Below the pieces are notes generated by a model that had not been told where the DNA came from, did no database searches, and saw only the letters and a list, made by a program, of their open reading frames with translations. Shown here one piece after another: positions 1 through 17,700 of a stretch of 64,000 nucleotides of DNA (its first letter is position 1; each line of letters begins with the position of its first letter). A program made the position numbers and the translations under genes. This stretch comes from the human T2T-CHM13v2.0 reference genome, Homo sapiens: NCBI GenBank assembly GCA_009914755.4, contig CP068257.2:30176001-30240000 (forward strand). Reading direction: 5' to 3'.

Positions 1-1061
1 TCTTGTCTCAGTTTTGGCTGAGGCCTCAAGTCAATAGGTGGCAAAAACAATGGTGTTCCAAAGTCAGGGTGTGGTTTCCGATGCAGGACTTGGAGGTGGT
101 TGAAAACCAGCTTTGAGGGCCCCCAGTTGACCACCCAGCTGCAACCTATATACCACATGGAGAGGCCGGGAGAGGGGTTGGAGATTAAAGAAATGATTTC
201 TTGGAATAGAAATAATCCTTGTGTAAAAAGTTTTGTCCCTTCATGGAGGCAGGTTGCATGCTACCTTCCTCCTTCATGTCTGTGAGCATGGGTTCAAAGA
301 CACCTTTCAGAGAGCATATTAGGTGTCCCCAGAAACTTAGGTAACTTGGGGTACTGGAGGCTGATTTCACAGGTACAGTCTCAAGGGGCAGAGGCTGGCC
401 AAAGTCACAGAGAAGAGAGTTATGTGCCTGCCCTTCCACTGGCCACAGGCCAAAGATACAAGTTCACTGTGGACCAGAGGTGGGTCATATGAGAGAGAAA
501 GCCCTGCTAGGGTTATCAGATAATTCCCAGAGCAGTAGGAAGCTAGTGGTATTGCTAGATAGCCAGGGACCAAGAGAGAGCTCTTAAGTGGCCATGTCGA
601 TGGAATGATTTTGCCTAAGTCAAGAGCAGGACAGATGAGAAATATTCCCAGTGATGGGGGACAGGAGGGAGAGCCGAGGGAAAGAATTGGTGTTCTACAT
701 GAGCCATGGCCTGGGGAAAACCAACATCAGATGTGTGTTTACCTCTGCCCCTCCCCCTGTCTAACCGTGGAGAGGGCAGAAGGTACAGCCTGTGAGGTGA
801 GGGAAAGAGACAAGAAGCCAACCATGATTCCCAAGGCACCAGCCAGAAAGAGGCCTAGGTTGACCCAGGGAGGGGTGTGGACTTGAAAATAGAGATTTGG
901 TGATTCTATGGGCTAGATGTCATGAATGCATTTTTGTGAGAGTGAGTAGTAAGCCACAGGGACCACCTGTGATTTCTTCCCAGAATGGTGAAGGACTCAG
1001 TCTCACAGGGCAGGTGGAGCAGGCCCTTTCAGGGGAAAGAAAACATCATTTTCTGATTGTA

Positions 1062-1428
1062 TCTTGCTATGATTTGAATGTGTCCCCATATGTTGGAAGC
1101 TTAATCTTTAATGCAATAGTGTTAGATACGTTGCCTAATGGCTGATGTTTAGGTCATGAGGGCTTCATCTTCATGAATGGATTAATGCTGATTATAAAAG
1201 GGCTCGAGTTATTCTCTCTCTGTCTTTCACCCTCTCCTTGCCTTTCTGCCATGTGATGCGTTCTGCCATGTTATGACACAGCAAGAAGGCCCTCACAAGA
1301 TGCCAGCCCCTTGATCTTGGACTTTCCAGCCGCCAGAACTGTGAGAAATAAATCTCTGCTTATTATAAATTACCCAGTCTCAGGTATTCCCTTACAGAAG
1401 CACAAAATGGACTAAGACACACCTAGTT
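1062..1428 (+). mobile_element. MaLR solo LTR (MST/MLT-type)
   Basis: Ends with ...ctgtgagaaataaatctctgcttattataaattacccagtctcaggtattcc...ggactaagacac, the canonical 3' end of THE1/MST-class LTRs; internal ccatgt...ccttgatcttggactt motif. Confidence 0.7.
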
Positions 1429-1499
1429 AATTCCTCACATTCAAGTTCTAGTTATGTGCACAAGCAGTGATAATCTCAGGCAGAATAATGTGCATGGTC

Positions 1500-1700
1500 C
1501 TCATCCTCTCAATGCATACCTATCAGACATCTGCTATGTGCCAGGCACTGACTGGACTCTGGAGAACGGCAGGGAATAAAACCAGGCAAGGTATGGACCC
1601 TTCACAGAGCCGACAGTTTAGTAGAGAAGACACTAGGCCTCCTGAGACAAAGTTATAGTGTCTTTTGAGAATTTGACAGGGGAAAAATTACAGGGGGGTA
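1500..1700 (-). repeat. L2 LINE 3'-end relic
   Basis: ...tgctatgtgccaggcactg...ccttcacagagc..agtttagtagagaagacac resembles reverse complement of L2 3' UTR (ctactatgtgccaggcactg...ccctcatggagcttacattctagtgg). Confidence 0.4.
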
Positions 1701-3097
1701 GAGTGAAAAGAGGAAAGCTAAGTAGAAGAGTGATGCTTGGGGCTGGATCACACAGAAGCTGTCAGACCTGGGTGGGCAGCGATGGCTGGGGTGGGGAGGT
1801 TATTCTAGACAGAATGACTGGTGTTCCGCGCCTGGGGAAAGAGAGTGGTCAGTTTCATGAGAGCACACAGTATATAGAATGAGTATGATTCCTCTTATAT
1901 GAAATAGAATAGAAGAGGCAAATCTACAGAGACAGGAAGTAGATTAGTGGTTGCCTATGGTTGAGGGGTGGGGAGAAATGGGAAGTAACCACCAATGAGT
2001 ACAGGGCTTCTTTTTGCAGTGATAATATTTTTCTAACTTCAGATTGTGGTGATGGTTGCAGTTAATATACTAAAGTCACTGAATTGTAGACTTTCAGTGA
2101 GTGAATTGCTGTGTGAATTATATCTCAAATAGGCTGAGAAACAGGGGAAGGAGAATCTAGTCACAGCAAAATAAATGTGGAATGATACAGTCAATAGAAA
2201 ATTCAGAATTTGGCAACACCGAGCAAATATGTCATTTAGAGCTACGTGGTAGGACTCTAAGCAAATCAAGACAATGATTATGAACATGTCAGGGATGGGT
2301 TAGCTTGAGGAGGTGGGAGGGGAATATGCTAAGTGAGGGAGCAGAGGGGAATGGCTAACAAACTCGACATATTTGATGATTTACTGTGAGAGGTGGTTTT
2401 GCAGGTGTGGTCTTTAGAACAATAATTTGTACAACTCTTAGGAACACTCTTTTGAATGTATGACAGGTTTTAAAATAAAGAAAGAAAAAATGGGGAGGAC
2501 AGTCAGAAATATATATGGAGAGGGCGTGCAGAGTTCAGAGTTCCAGGCAAGACATTCGTGTTTAACGAAGGAGACAGGGAGCCAGCAAAGATACTTGAGC
2601 AGGCAGCCAAGGGGATGAGAGCAGCAGGCTAGGAAGGGATCCAGGCTCTGTATGCAACATGCATGGGGGCAGGGAGGGGCCAGTGGTGGGGAGAAGCCCT
2701 AGGAGACTGGTGATAGGATCTGGGTATCTCGTAGGGTAGCAGGGATGGGAGTGCTTTGTGGGAAGTCTGAGGACCACCGGCAGAAGGGTAAAGTTGAAGA
2801 TGAAAGATCAATTATGGCACCTTGGGCAGAGATAGGGGTTCAGGAGGAGCAGCTGGAATAAACAGAAGATGAATAGTTTAGTCTTAGACATGCAAGAAAT
2901 ATAAGAAACTGTGGGGAGATTGTAACTATAACTTGGCAAATTGTAGGTTCCCAGATAATTACGGGGCCTTTATAAATTCTTTCTGTGCTTGTTTCCTTGA
3001 GAAATCTGCTCTTTATTGGTAGTCCTATCTAGAGAACTCCATATCCCCCTCTGATCTGCAGTCCTGGCTCCCACAACTTTCCAGATAGAAGAACAAT

Positions 3098-3120
3098 TTC
3101 TTTCTTTCTTTCTTTCTTTT

Positions 3121-3125
<5 letters not shown>
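3098..3125. repeat. (TTTC)n simple repeat abutting Alu tail
   Basis: tttctttctttctttctttt directly visible. Confidence 0.8.
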
Positions 3126-3409
<284 letters not shown>

Positions 3410-3824
3410 ATCCTGTTGCATTTTCAGGGGCTTCGCCTGGGGCCCTGGCAGTGCAGACTTGAGAGAATGCTTTCCTGTTTCCCAACTCCAAAAATTCTCC
3501 CTGAATACATTCTTCCTGAATGCTCTGGCTCCTCATTTCTTGTCTCCCTGGGAAACTAGCCTGGCTAGTGTGTGAGAAGAATTGAGGCAAAGGCCTATAG
3601 GGGAAAGAGACTCTTAGATAGGACATCAAGGATGAATGGAAGATGTCATCCATACTGGGTGGGAGGAGCAAGTGTACAGCTGCCCAAGGGAGAGACAGGA
3701 TGATTGAAGCAACAAGGCAGAATCCCAAGAGGTAGGAAAAGGCCATGTTGTTCAAGCAGTTTGGACTTGAACCTTCACCCTAAGTGTAACTGAAGCTATT
3801 GAAGGCTTTGAAGCAGGGTGGTGA

Positions 3825-4196
<372 letters not shown>

Positions 4197-4289
4197 CATA
4201 CATTATCTCATTTAATATTTTCAGTGGTTCCATGGGGGTAGGTGTCATCCTTCTGTCCATCCATCTCATAGTTTTTAAAATTAAGGGAC

Positions 4290-4445
4290 CACTTTGTGCC
4301 AGTCACTATATTTACGTTCATTGGACAGATGAGGAAACTGAAGAGTTCTCACTCCCAGAGGGTCAAATCAATTCCTAAAAGGCTGTAACCAGAAAGAGGC
4401 ACAGCCAGGATTCAAACCCACAAAAGCAGATTCCAGGGCTTGTCC
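4290..4445 (-). repeat. MIR SINE relic
   Basis: cattggacagatgaggaaactgaag...ggattcaaacccacaaa matches RC of MIR core (cattttacagatgaggaaactgaggc...gggattcgaacccagg). Confidence 0.5.
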
Positions 4446-5326
4446 ACTGGGCCTGAGGCATGGTTCAGCCAAGCCCCCTCCCTGGGGTGGAGGTGCAGGT
4501 CCTGGGTGGATCTTAAAGGCAGCAAGGTCAGCAAGAGCCAGGGTCCTGAAGTATGAACTGATCTTGGGTAAAAAGCGGGGGTCAGTGAGGCCACTACAGG
4601 TGACATGCAGAGGATAAAAGGCACTTGGGAATGAACTTGGAAAACCTGGGCACCTGCTATTTCTCTGCTTTCTTTCTTGCTAATGGATCTCTGATTTTCT
4701 TTTTCTTGGTGGTTGGCTTGAGGGGTTGGGAGGGTGGGTAGCCATGTGTCCAGCTCCTATGAATGAATTGTGATTGCTTTTAAGCCAGTCATGGCTATGC
4801 CAATACCATTTGCCAGGTATTCACTTTGCCGCTGTCTCCTCTTGTAGCTAATGGGAGCCATTGCACCAAATTTCGCTCAATGAGATGAAAAGGAAGTCTG
4901 TTGAGGGCTTGTGAAAAATATTTTTGATCCCTGCCATAGAAGGCAGAAAAGAGGAGATCCTATGTTATCTGGCTGCCTCACTGTATGCCGACTTTGAATG
5001 CAGTCATGATTCTTGGAGCTGTGGCAGCCGTCTTGTGACCATGAAGCAATAATCACAAAGACAAAAAACCAACAAATTAATGGTGGAGACTGGAAAAAGC
5101 TAGACACCTAATGAGCCTGAGAAGTTGAACTAATGGCAGCAAATTTTCCTTCCAGACTTCTTAGTATGTGAAAAAGGTAAACTTCTAGGAGTTCATGTGT
5201 TTGCATTATTTCTAGCTGACCATGTGCCAGCTGGTATAATAAGCACAGTGGAGATGAGGTAGGAAGGAAAGGTGAACCTATTTGGAGTGCAGGGTGATGT
5301 GTTAGGAACATTGCTTTGTTTTCTAA

Positions 5327-5625
<299 letters not shown>

Positions 5626-7115
5626 TTCTAATTGTTTTATGTGTTGCACATCTTGAAGACAGAGTCACCTTTTCTTTTCTGTTTTCCCCTTCCCACTTAT
5701 ACTCTCCTCACCTCTTCTTTTCCTCTAACCCATATTAAGCCCATATGCTCAACAATCATTTTTTTTGAATAAAGAAATTTCCCCTCTTTAATTCTCATTG
5801 TACTTCTATGAAGCTATCAAAAATATTCAAGGGCAGAGACCTAAACTTTTCCACTGTGCTCATGAGGTCATTACAGATGCTTTGCTTATTTTATTTAGCG
5901 CCTTGAAAGGAAGCTGGTAATTTAGAAACTTAGATGGTTCTTTGATGAGAAAAATACCTAAAGGAGAAAATGTCACAAAAAACTTTGGGGTGGAGAGGAG
6001 GGCAGGCATAAAAATAAAATGACAAAGACAATGGAAGAACGGGAAAGGGAGGATGAAAAGAAGTCTTTTGTATCACTGGCATTTCAGGATTTTACACCAG
6101 CAGTCTCTTCTATCAATGAAGACATATTTTTGAGGTCTCTAATTATAATGGTTTCCTATGGCAGACACTGTTAGTTACCCTGCAAACAGCTATCTCCCTT
6201 ATTTTACGTCAATAGAATCCCATTTTTAATTATCCTCTAGAGTGTGGCAATGTTACTCACATGAGGATGGTCCTTACAGTGGCCCCAGACCCAGTGTAGG
6301 GAATCTTATCCTTCTCCACCCAGGGATTGGTTTATGAATGGTCATGTGACAGAATTTTGGCCAATGAGATGAGAAGGGAATCCATAGGGGTCTTATGGGA
6401 AATTTTCCTTTGCTTTTCAAAGAAGGCAGCAAGCTCCTTTTTCAGCTTCTGGTGTGCATAGGTGAGGAGGTGATGCCTGGAACTATGACAGCCTTTATTT
6501 ATTTATTTATTTATTTATTATTTAAGTTCTAGGGTACATGTGCACAACATGCAGGTTTGTTACATATGTATACATGCCATGTTGGTGTGCTGCACCCATT
6601 AACTCGTCATTTACATTAGGTATATCTCCTAATGCTTTCGCTCCCCCCTCCCCCCACCCCACGACAGGCCCCAGTGTGCAATGTTCTCCTTTCTGTGTCC
6701 AAGTGTTCTCATTGTTCAATTCCCACCTATGAGTGAGAACATGCGGTGTTTGGTTTTTTGTTCTTGTGATAGTTTGCTGAGAATGATGGTTTCCAGCTTC
6801 ATCCATGTCCCTACAAAGGACATGAACTCATCCTTTTTTATGGCTGCATAGTATTCCATGGTGTATATGTGCCATATTTTCTTAATCCAGTCTATCATTG
6901 TTGGACATTTGGGTTGATTCCAAGTCTTTGCTTTTGTGAATAGTGCCACAATAAACATATGTGTGCATGTGTCTTTATAGCAGCATGATTTATAATCCTT
7001 TGGGTATATACCCAGTAAAGGGATGGCTGGGTCAAATGGTATTTCTAGTTGTAGATCCTTGAGGAATCACCCCACTGTCTTCCAGAATGGTTGAACTAGT
7101 TTACAGTCCGTCCCA

Positions 7116-10541
<3,426 letters not shown>

Positions 10542-10548
10542 TATGATG

Positions 10549-11260
10549 TTAGCTGGTTATTTTGCTCGTTAGTTGATGCAGTTTCTTCCTAGCATTGGTG
10601 GTCTTTACAATTTGGCATGTTTTTGCAGTGGCTGATACCGGTTGTTCCTTTCCATGTTTAGTGCTTCCTTCAGGAGCTCTTGTAGGGCAGGGCTGGTGGT
10701 GACAAAATCTCAGCATTTGCTTGTCTGTAAAGGATTTTATTTCTCCTTCACTTATGAAGCTTAGTTTGGCTGGATATGAAATTCTGGGTTGAAAATTCTT
10801 TTCTTTAAGAATGTTGAATATTGGCCCCCACTCTCTTCTGGCTTGTAGAGTTTCTGCCAAGAGATCCACTGTTAGTCTGATGGGCTTCCCTTTGTGGGTA
10901 ACCTGACCTTTCTCTGGCTGCCGTTAACATTTGTTCCTTCATTTCAAATTTGGTGAATCTGACAATTATGTGTCTTGGAGTTGCTCTTCTCGAGGAGTAT
11001 CTTTGTGGCATTCTCTGTATTTCCTGAATTTGAATGTTGGCCTGCCTTGCTAGATTGGGGAAGTTCTCCTGGATAATATCCTGCAGAGTGATTTCCAACT
11101 TGGTTCCATTCTCCCCATCACTTTCAGGTACACCAATCAGATGTAGATTTGGTGTTTTCACATAGTCCCATATTTCTTGGAGGCTTTGTTCATTTCTTTT
11201 TACTCTTTTTTCTCTAAATTTCTCTTCTCGCTTCATTTCATTCATTTGATGTTCAATCAC
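10549..11260 (-). pseudogene. L1 ORF1 (RNA-binding protein) remnant, frame-shifted
   Basis: Peptides NEMKREEKFREKRVKRNEQSLQEIWDYVK...IGVPESDGENGTKLE and ...LQARREWGPIFNILKEKNFQPRISYPAKLSFISEGEIK match L1 ORF1p. Confidence 0.8.
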
Positions 11261-13179
11261 TGATACCCTTTCTTCCAGTTGATCGAATCAGCTACTGAAG
11301 CTTGTGCATTCGTCTCATAGTTCTCGTGCGATGGTTTTCAGCTCCATCAGGTCATTTAAGGACTTCTCTACACTGGTTATTCTAGTTAGCCATTCGTCTA
11401 ATCTTTTTTCAAGGTTTTTAGCTTCTTTGTGTTGGGTTTGAACTTCCTCCTTTAGCTCAGAGAAGTTTGATCATCTGAAATCTTCTTCTCTCAACTCGTC
11501 AAAGGCATTCTCCATCCAGCTTTGTTCCATTGCTGGCGAGGAGCTGTGTTCCTTTGGAGGGGGAGAGGTGCTCTGATTTTTAGAATTTTCAGCTTTTCTG
11601 CTCTGTTTTTTCCACATCTTTGTGGTTTTATCTACCTTTGGTCTTTGATGATGGTGATGTACAGATGGGGTTTTGGTGTAGATGTCCTTTCTGTTTTTTC
11701 GTTTTCCTTCTAACAGTCAGGACCCTCAGCTGCAGGTCTGTTGGAGTTTGCTGGAGGTCCACTCCAGATCCTGTTTGCCTGGGTATCAGCAGTGGAGGCT
11801 GCAGAACAGCGAATATTGCTGAACAGCAAATGTTGCTGCCTGATCATTCCTCTGGAAGCTTCATCTCAGAGGGGTACCTGGCTGTGTGAGGTGTCAGTCT
11901 GCCCCTACTGGGGGGTGCCTCCCAGTTAGGCTACTCGGGGGTCAGAGACCCAGTTGAGGAGGCAGTCTGTCCATTCTCAGATCTCAAACTCTGTGCTGGG
12001 ATAACCACTACTCTCTTCAAAGCTGTCAGACAGGGACATTTAAGTCTGCAGAGGTTTCTCCTGCCTTTTGTTCAGCTATGCCCTGCCCCCAGAGGTGGAG
12101 TCTACAGAGGCAGGCAGGCCTCCCTGAGCTGCGGTGGGCTCCACCCAGTTCGAGCTTCCTGGCTGCTTTGTTTACCTACTCAAGCCTCAGCAATGGCAGG
12201 TGCCCCTCCTCCAGCCTCGCTGCTGCCTTGCAGTTTGATCTCAGACTGCTGTGCTAGCAATGAGCGAGGCTCCGTGGGCATGGGACCCTCTGAGCCAGGC
12301 GCAGGATATAATCTCCTAGTGTGCTGTTTGCTAAGACCATTGGAAAAGCACAGTATTAGGGTGGGAGTGACCTGATTTTCCAGGTGCCATCTGCCACAGC
12401 TTCCCTTGGCTAGGAAAGGGAATTCCCTGACCCCTTGCGCTTCCCAGGTGAGGCGATGCCTCGCCCTGCTTTGGCTCACACTTGGTGCGCTGCACCCACT
12501 GTCCTGCCCCGACTGTCCAATGAGCCCCAGTGAGATGAACCCAGTACCTCAGTTGGAAATGCAGAAATCACCCGTCTTCTGCATCGCTCACGCTGGGAGC
12601 TGTAGACTGGAGCTGTTCCTATTCAGCCATCTTGGAACCCACCACCTGTGGCAGCCTTTTAGGGGCCATGAGAGATGCCCGCCCAAAAGGATAAGCCAAC
12701 ACACTGAAGCTAGTGAAAAAGAAAAACAAAAATAATCTTGAACCTTAACTTAGTTTAACCTCCGTATTAACAAACTCTGGTTATATCTGTTAATACTGAT
12801 GTAAATAAATGATTAAATAAATAAATGAAGAATAAAAAAACTCCTGTGCAGAATAATCTCAAGTAATTTATATAGCTACTCTGTCCTCAAGGAGATAGAA
12901 TGTACCCCCGCACTCCCGAAGTGTGGACTACACATAATGGCTTTTTTCTGATAAGTACACTGGGTGGAGAGAAGGGTCACTGTACAGTAGAGAAGGCTGA
13001 CAAACACCGCCTCAGTTGGTGATCACAGTTAATGTCAACAGTGATAAGTCATGTTGATAGCATGTACCTCTTACATAATGTAATGAGAATGGCACTTTCT
13101 CTCTGGTCTTGTCTGATCTTTCCCAAACCCACAACTCTGTCTAATTCATGAGACAAACATCAGACGAACCCAAGTTGAA

Positions 13180-13510
13180 ATATGTTCTAAACAAAATTTC
13201 TTGTCAGTATTCCTCAAAACTATCAAGGAAAATTTGAGAAACTGTGACAAGAGGCACCCAAGGAGAAATGGTTACTAACTGTAATGTGGCATCCTAGATG
13301 AAATCCTGGAGGAGAAATAGGACATAAGGTGAAAAGAAAGAAAATCTGAATAAAGTATGGACTTTAATGAACAATAGTGCATCAATACTGGTTCATTAAT
13401 TATGACAAATTTACCATACTAATGAAAGATGTTAATAATAGGGCAAAGTGGGCCTGGGATTTATCAGAATTTTCTGTAAATCTAAAACTATTTTAATATT
13501 AAAAGTTTAT
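13180..13510 (+). mobile_element. Ancient L1 (L1M-class) 3'-end fragment
   Basis: ...gaaatcctggaggagaaataggacataaggtgaaaag...atctgaataaagtatggactttaatgaacaatagtgcatcaatactggttcattaattatgacaaatttaccatactaatgaaagatgttaataatagggcaa... resembles L1MB/MC-type 3' ends; ends in A/T-rich tail. Confidence 0.45.
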
Positions 13511-14700
13511 TTTAAAAATAGAGACACTGATATCAAGAATGAAAGGTCCAATTCTAACAAAAGGTCCAACTCCAGATTCTATAGACATTAAAAGGATAAT
13601 ATTAGTAACAACTTTGTGCCAATATATTTGATAACAAATGAAAAAAAATTGTTAAAAGACACAAAGCTCACTGAGGAATAAATAGGTAACTTAAAAATTC
13701 CCGTATCTCTTAAGAGCATTAATATCTAGTTAAAAATTTTCGCCGGGCGCAGTGGTTCACGCCTGTAATCCCAGCACTTTGGGAGGCTGAGGCGGGTGGA
13801 TCATGAGTTCAGGAGATCGAGACCATCCTGGCTAACATGGTGAAACCCCGTCTCTACTAAAAAAAAAAATACAAAAAATTAGCCGAGCGTGGCGGTGGGC
13901 ACCTGTAGTCCCAGCTACTCGGGAGGCTGAGACAGGAGAATGGCATGAACTCAGGAGGCGGAGCTTGCAGTGAGCCAAGATCGCCACTGCACTCCAGCCT
14001 GGGTGACAAAGCAAGACTCTGTCTCAAAAAAAAAAAAAAAATTCCCACAAAGAAAACTCAAGGCCCAGTTAGTTCTATTGGGAAATTCTGCCAAACAATT
14101 AAGGGAAAAATTAAACCAATTCTACACAAAATCTTCCTAAAAATGGAAGAGAAAGGTATACTTCCGGACTGTCTTTGTTATACAATGGAATAGTATTTAG
14201 CCATAAAAAGAGTGAACTTCTGTCATTTGCAGCAGCATGGATGAAACTGGAGATCATTATGTTAACTGAATAAACCAGGCACAGAAAGACAATTATTGCA
14301 TATTCTCACTCATAAATGGGAGCTAAAAAAGTGGACCTCATGGATGTAGGTAGTAGAACGATGGTTACCAGAAGCTGGGAAGCATCAGTGGGATGGGTCA
14401 GAGGCATGCAGAGAGGTTGGTTATTGGGTACAAACATAACAGTTAGATAGGAGGAATAAGTTCTATTGTTTGATAGCACAGTAGGGTGACTACAATTAAC
14501 AATGATTTATTGTATATTTCAAAACAGCTGGAGGAGTTGAAATGCTGTCAGCACAAAGAAATGATAAATGTGTGAGGCGATGGATATCCTAATTACTCTG
14601 AGTTGATTATTATAGATGGTATGCACATATCTAAGTATCACATGTACTCTATAAATATGTACAATTATTATATATCAATTAAAAAATAGAACTACTATAT
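13510..14700 (+). mobile_element. Ancient L1 (L1M-class) copy with large internal deletion (ORF2 N-terminal region joined to 3' end), host of Alu 13741-14040
   Basis: 13560-13740 and 14041-14190 read like L1 ORF2 N-terminus (gacattaaaaggataat..., attcccacaaagaaaactca...caaacaattaagggaaaaattaaaccaattctacacaaaatcttcc...gaagagaaaggtatacttcc). 14196 onward jumps to ORF2 C-terminus/3' UTR (tatttagccataaaaagagtgaacttctgtcatttgcagcagcatggatgaaactggag...). Confidence 0.55.
13741..14040 (+). mobile_element. Alu SINE (young-looking, AluY/S-like) inserted into old L1
   Basis: cgccgggcgcagtggttcacgcctgtaatcccagcactttgggaggctgaggcgggtggatcatgagttcaggagatcgagaccatcctggctaacatggtgaaaccccgtctctactaaaaa... 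through poly-A at 14026-14040; flanking aaaa(a)tt duplication. Confidence 0.9.
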
Positions 14701-15355
14701 GATCCAGCAATCCTATTTCTGGATATATACCCAAAAGACATAAAAATATCAAAGAGATATCTGCACTCCCATATTCATAATTGACAAGATATGGAATCAA
14801 TTTGTGTCCACCGATGGATGAATGATAAAGGCAATGTGGATAGAATACTATTCAGCCTTAAAAAAGAAGAAACTCCTGTCATTTGTAACAATATGCATGG
14901 ACCCGGAGAACCTTATGCCAGGAAAAATAAGCCAGGCATAGAAAAACAAATGTTTCTTGATCTCACTTATACGTGGGATCTAAACATGTTGAACTCATAG
15001 AAGCAAAGAATGGAATGTGGTTGTCAGTGGCCTGGCAGGTTATGGGAGATGGGAATTGGGAGATGTTGGTCAAAGTGTCCAAGGTTCAGTTAGACAGAAT
15101 GAATAAGCTCTGCTACTATATAGTATGATGATTACAGTTAATAATAATGCATTGCATACTTGAAAATTCCTATGAGAGTGTAACTTAATGTTCTTACCAC
15201 AAAAAATAATAAGTATGTGAGGTGATGGATCTGTTAATTAGCTCAATTTAATAATTTTGCAATGTATACATATATCAAAACATCACGTTATACACCACAG
15301 ATATATACAATTTTATTTGTCAGTTGTAACTCATAAAAATAAAGATTCTAGAACG
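14700..15355 (+). mobile_element. Ancient L1 (L1M/L1PB-class) 3'-end fragment (ORF2 C-terminus + 3' UTR)
   Basis: ...ccaccgatggatgaatgataaaggcaatgtggatagaatactattcagccttaaaaaagaagaaactcctgtcatttgtaacaatatgcatggacc...atcacgttatacaccacagatatatacaattttatttgtcagttgtaactcataaaaataaa matches older L1 3' ends. Confidence 0.55.
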
Positions 15356-17700
15356 AATATATGGGTCTAGCAAGGTTGCAGGATTTAAGATTAAAAATCA
15401 TAGTATTTTTATATACTAGCAACAAACAATCAGACATTGAAACTTTAAAATACACCATTTACATTTTATCAAAAATATGAAATACTTTGAGGTAAAGATG
15501 TGAAAGACCTATTATTGAAAACTGCGTAACATTGCCAAAACAAATTAAGGAAGACCTAAGTAAATGGGGAAATATACCATGTTTACGGATTGAAAGACTC
15601 AATATTGTTAGGATGCTAATTATCTCCAAATTAATCTACAGTTTCAATGCAATTTTAATCAAAATTGCAGCAGGCTTTTGGGGGGTTGGGTAAAAATTGA
15701 TAAACTGTGTTAAAATTCACATGGAAATGCAAAGACCCCAGAACAACAACTTTGAAAAATAAGAACAAAGTTGGAGGACTTACACCACCTGACTTCAAAC
15801 TTATTATAAAGTTATAGTAACAAAGACACAGTGCAGTATTAGCACAAAGAGAGACAAATAGATAAAGGGAATACACTTGGGTCCAGAATTAGTCCTCATG
15901 TATATAGGCAAAGATTTTTGACAAAGGTACAAAGGCAGTTCAGTCAAGAAAGGATAGTCTTTTCAACAGATGATGTTGGAATAATTGAACATATACCTGC
16001 AAAAAGTTAACTTCAACCAATACCTCATAACATGTACAAAAATAACTCAAACTGGGTTATAGACCTGAATATAAAGTGTAAAATTATAAAACTTTTAGAC
16101 TAAAACGTAAGAGAAAATCTTTGTGACATTGAGTAACGTAAAAATTTGTTAGATACAAACCAAAAGTATAATCCATAAAAGAAAAAAATTGTTAAATTGG
16201 ACTGCATCAAAATTAAGAACTTTTGCTCTTCATAAGTCCCTCTAAGAGAATAAGAAAACAAACCAAAGACAGAGAAAAACTATTATTTTCCAATCACATA
16301 TCTGATAATGGACTTGTGTATGGAATATATAAATAATGCTCAAAATTCAATAATAAGAAAATAAACAATCCTAATTTTTATTTTTATCTTTAAAAATTTT
16401 TTTTTGAGAAAGAGTCTAGCTCTGTTGCCCAGGCTGGAGTGCAGTGGTGTGTTTTCACTGCAACCTCCGCCTCCTGAGTTCAAGCAATTCTCCTGCCTCA
16501 GCCTTCCAAGTAGCTGGGATTACAGGCACTCGCCATCATGCCTGGTTAATTTTTGTATTTTTGTAGAGATGGGGTTTCACTATGTTGGCCAGGCTGGTCT
16601 TGAACTTCTGACCTCAGGTGATCTGCCTGCCTCAGTCTTCCAAAGTGCTGGGATTACAGGCGTGAGCCACAATCCTGATGTTTAAATGGGCAAAAGATTT
16701 GAACAGACAGTTCACCAGAAAGATATACGGATATATGGATAAGCACGTGAGAAGATGCTCAACATCTTTAGTCATTAAGGAAATGCAAATTAAAACCAGT
16801 ATGAGGTACCATTACACACTTATTACAATGGCTAAAATTAAAGAGACCTGTCATGCCAAGTGATGATGTTGTGAAGCAGCTGAAACTCATATGCACTACT
16901 GTGGAAATGTCAAATGGTGCAACTACTTTGGAAAACAGTTTGGCAGTTTCTTAAAAGTTAAAAATATCTCTACCACCAGTCATTCCAGCCTTACACATTT
17001 ACCCAAAAGAGATGAAAGCATGTGTCCATACAAAGACTTGAATATGAATATTAATGTCAGCTGTATTTGTAATAGACCTAAACTGTAAACAACTGAAAGG
17101 TCCATGAACAGATAAATGGATAAACAAATTGTGTATAGTCATACATTAGAATATTACTGCACAATAAAAAGAAAAGGAAAGGAGTATTGAATTGATGCAT
17201 GCAACAACATGGATGAATCTCTAAATAACTATGTAAGTGACAGAAGCCAGCTGAAATAGTACATACTGACTGCTACTAATTTTTATAAAATTCTAGAAAG
17301 GCTAATCTATGTTGACAGAAGGCTCTTTAATGGATTGAGTGGGATGGGATGGAGAGAGAAAAGGAGGCACACAGAAAATTTGGAGGTAATGAATGTATTC
17401 ATTATCCATGATTGCTTCTGGTGCTATTTTCATGTATGGTTACATATGTCAACATGTCAAATTACACACTTTAAATATATACAGTGCATTGTATTATAAC
17501 TCAGTACCATTCTGTTGTTGGGAAATAATCATAGGTACCATAAAAATTTACTTGTAAGGATGGTCATAGCAGAAATATTTATACTAGCATGAAAAAAATC
17601 AGAGCAGATCAAACACCCAATAATAAAAGGATATAAAGTATTTGTCTATCATAAAAATAAGTATTATGTATTTAGATAATATGAGATTTGTGATGAACTT
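15355..17700 (+). mobile_element. Ancient L1 (L1M-class) ORF2 C-terminal half + 3' UTR, interrupted by Alu 16394-16670
   Basis: DNA follows L1 ORF2 codons (ttcaatgcaattttaatcaaaattgcagcaggcttttgg; aaagttggaggacttacaccacctgacttcaaacttattataaag; gaagatatacaaatggcc-like kiygymdkhvrrcstslvikemqiktsmryh). ORF 16678-16863 translates to L1 ORF2 C-terminal motif. Confidence 0.6.
16394..16670 (-). mobile_element. Alu SINE inserted in old L1, TSD about 13 bp (caatcct[a/g]at..ttt)
   Basis: RC Alu consensus 16397-16670 (5' end of element slightly truncated at ...cgtgagccac); aacaatcctaattt at 16367-16380 vs cacaatcctgatgttt at 16668-16683. Confidence 0.85.
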
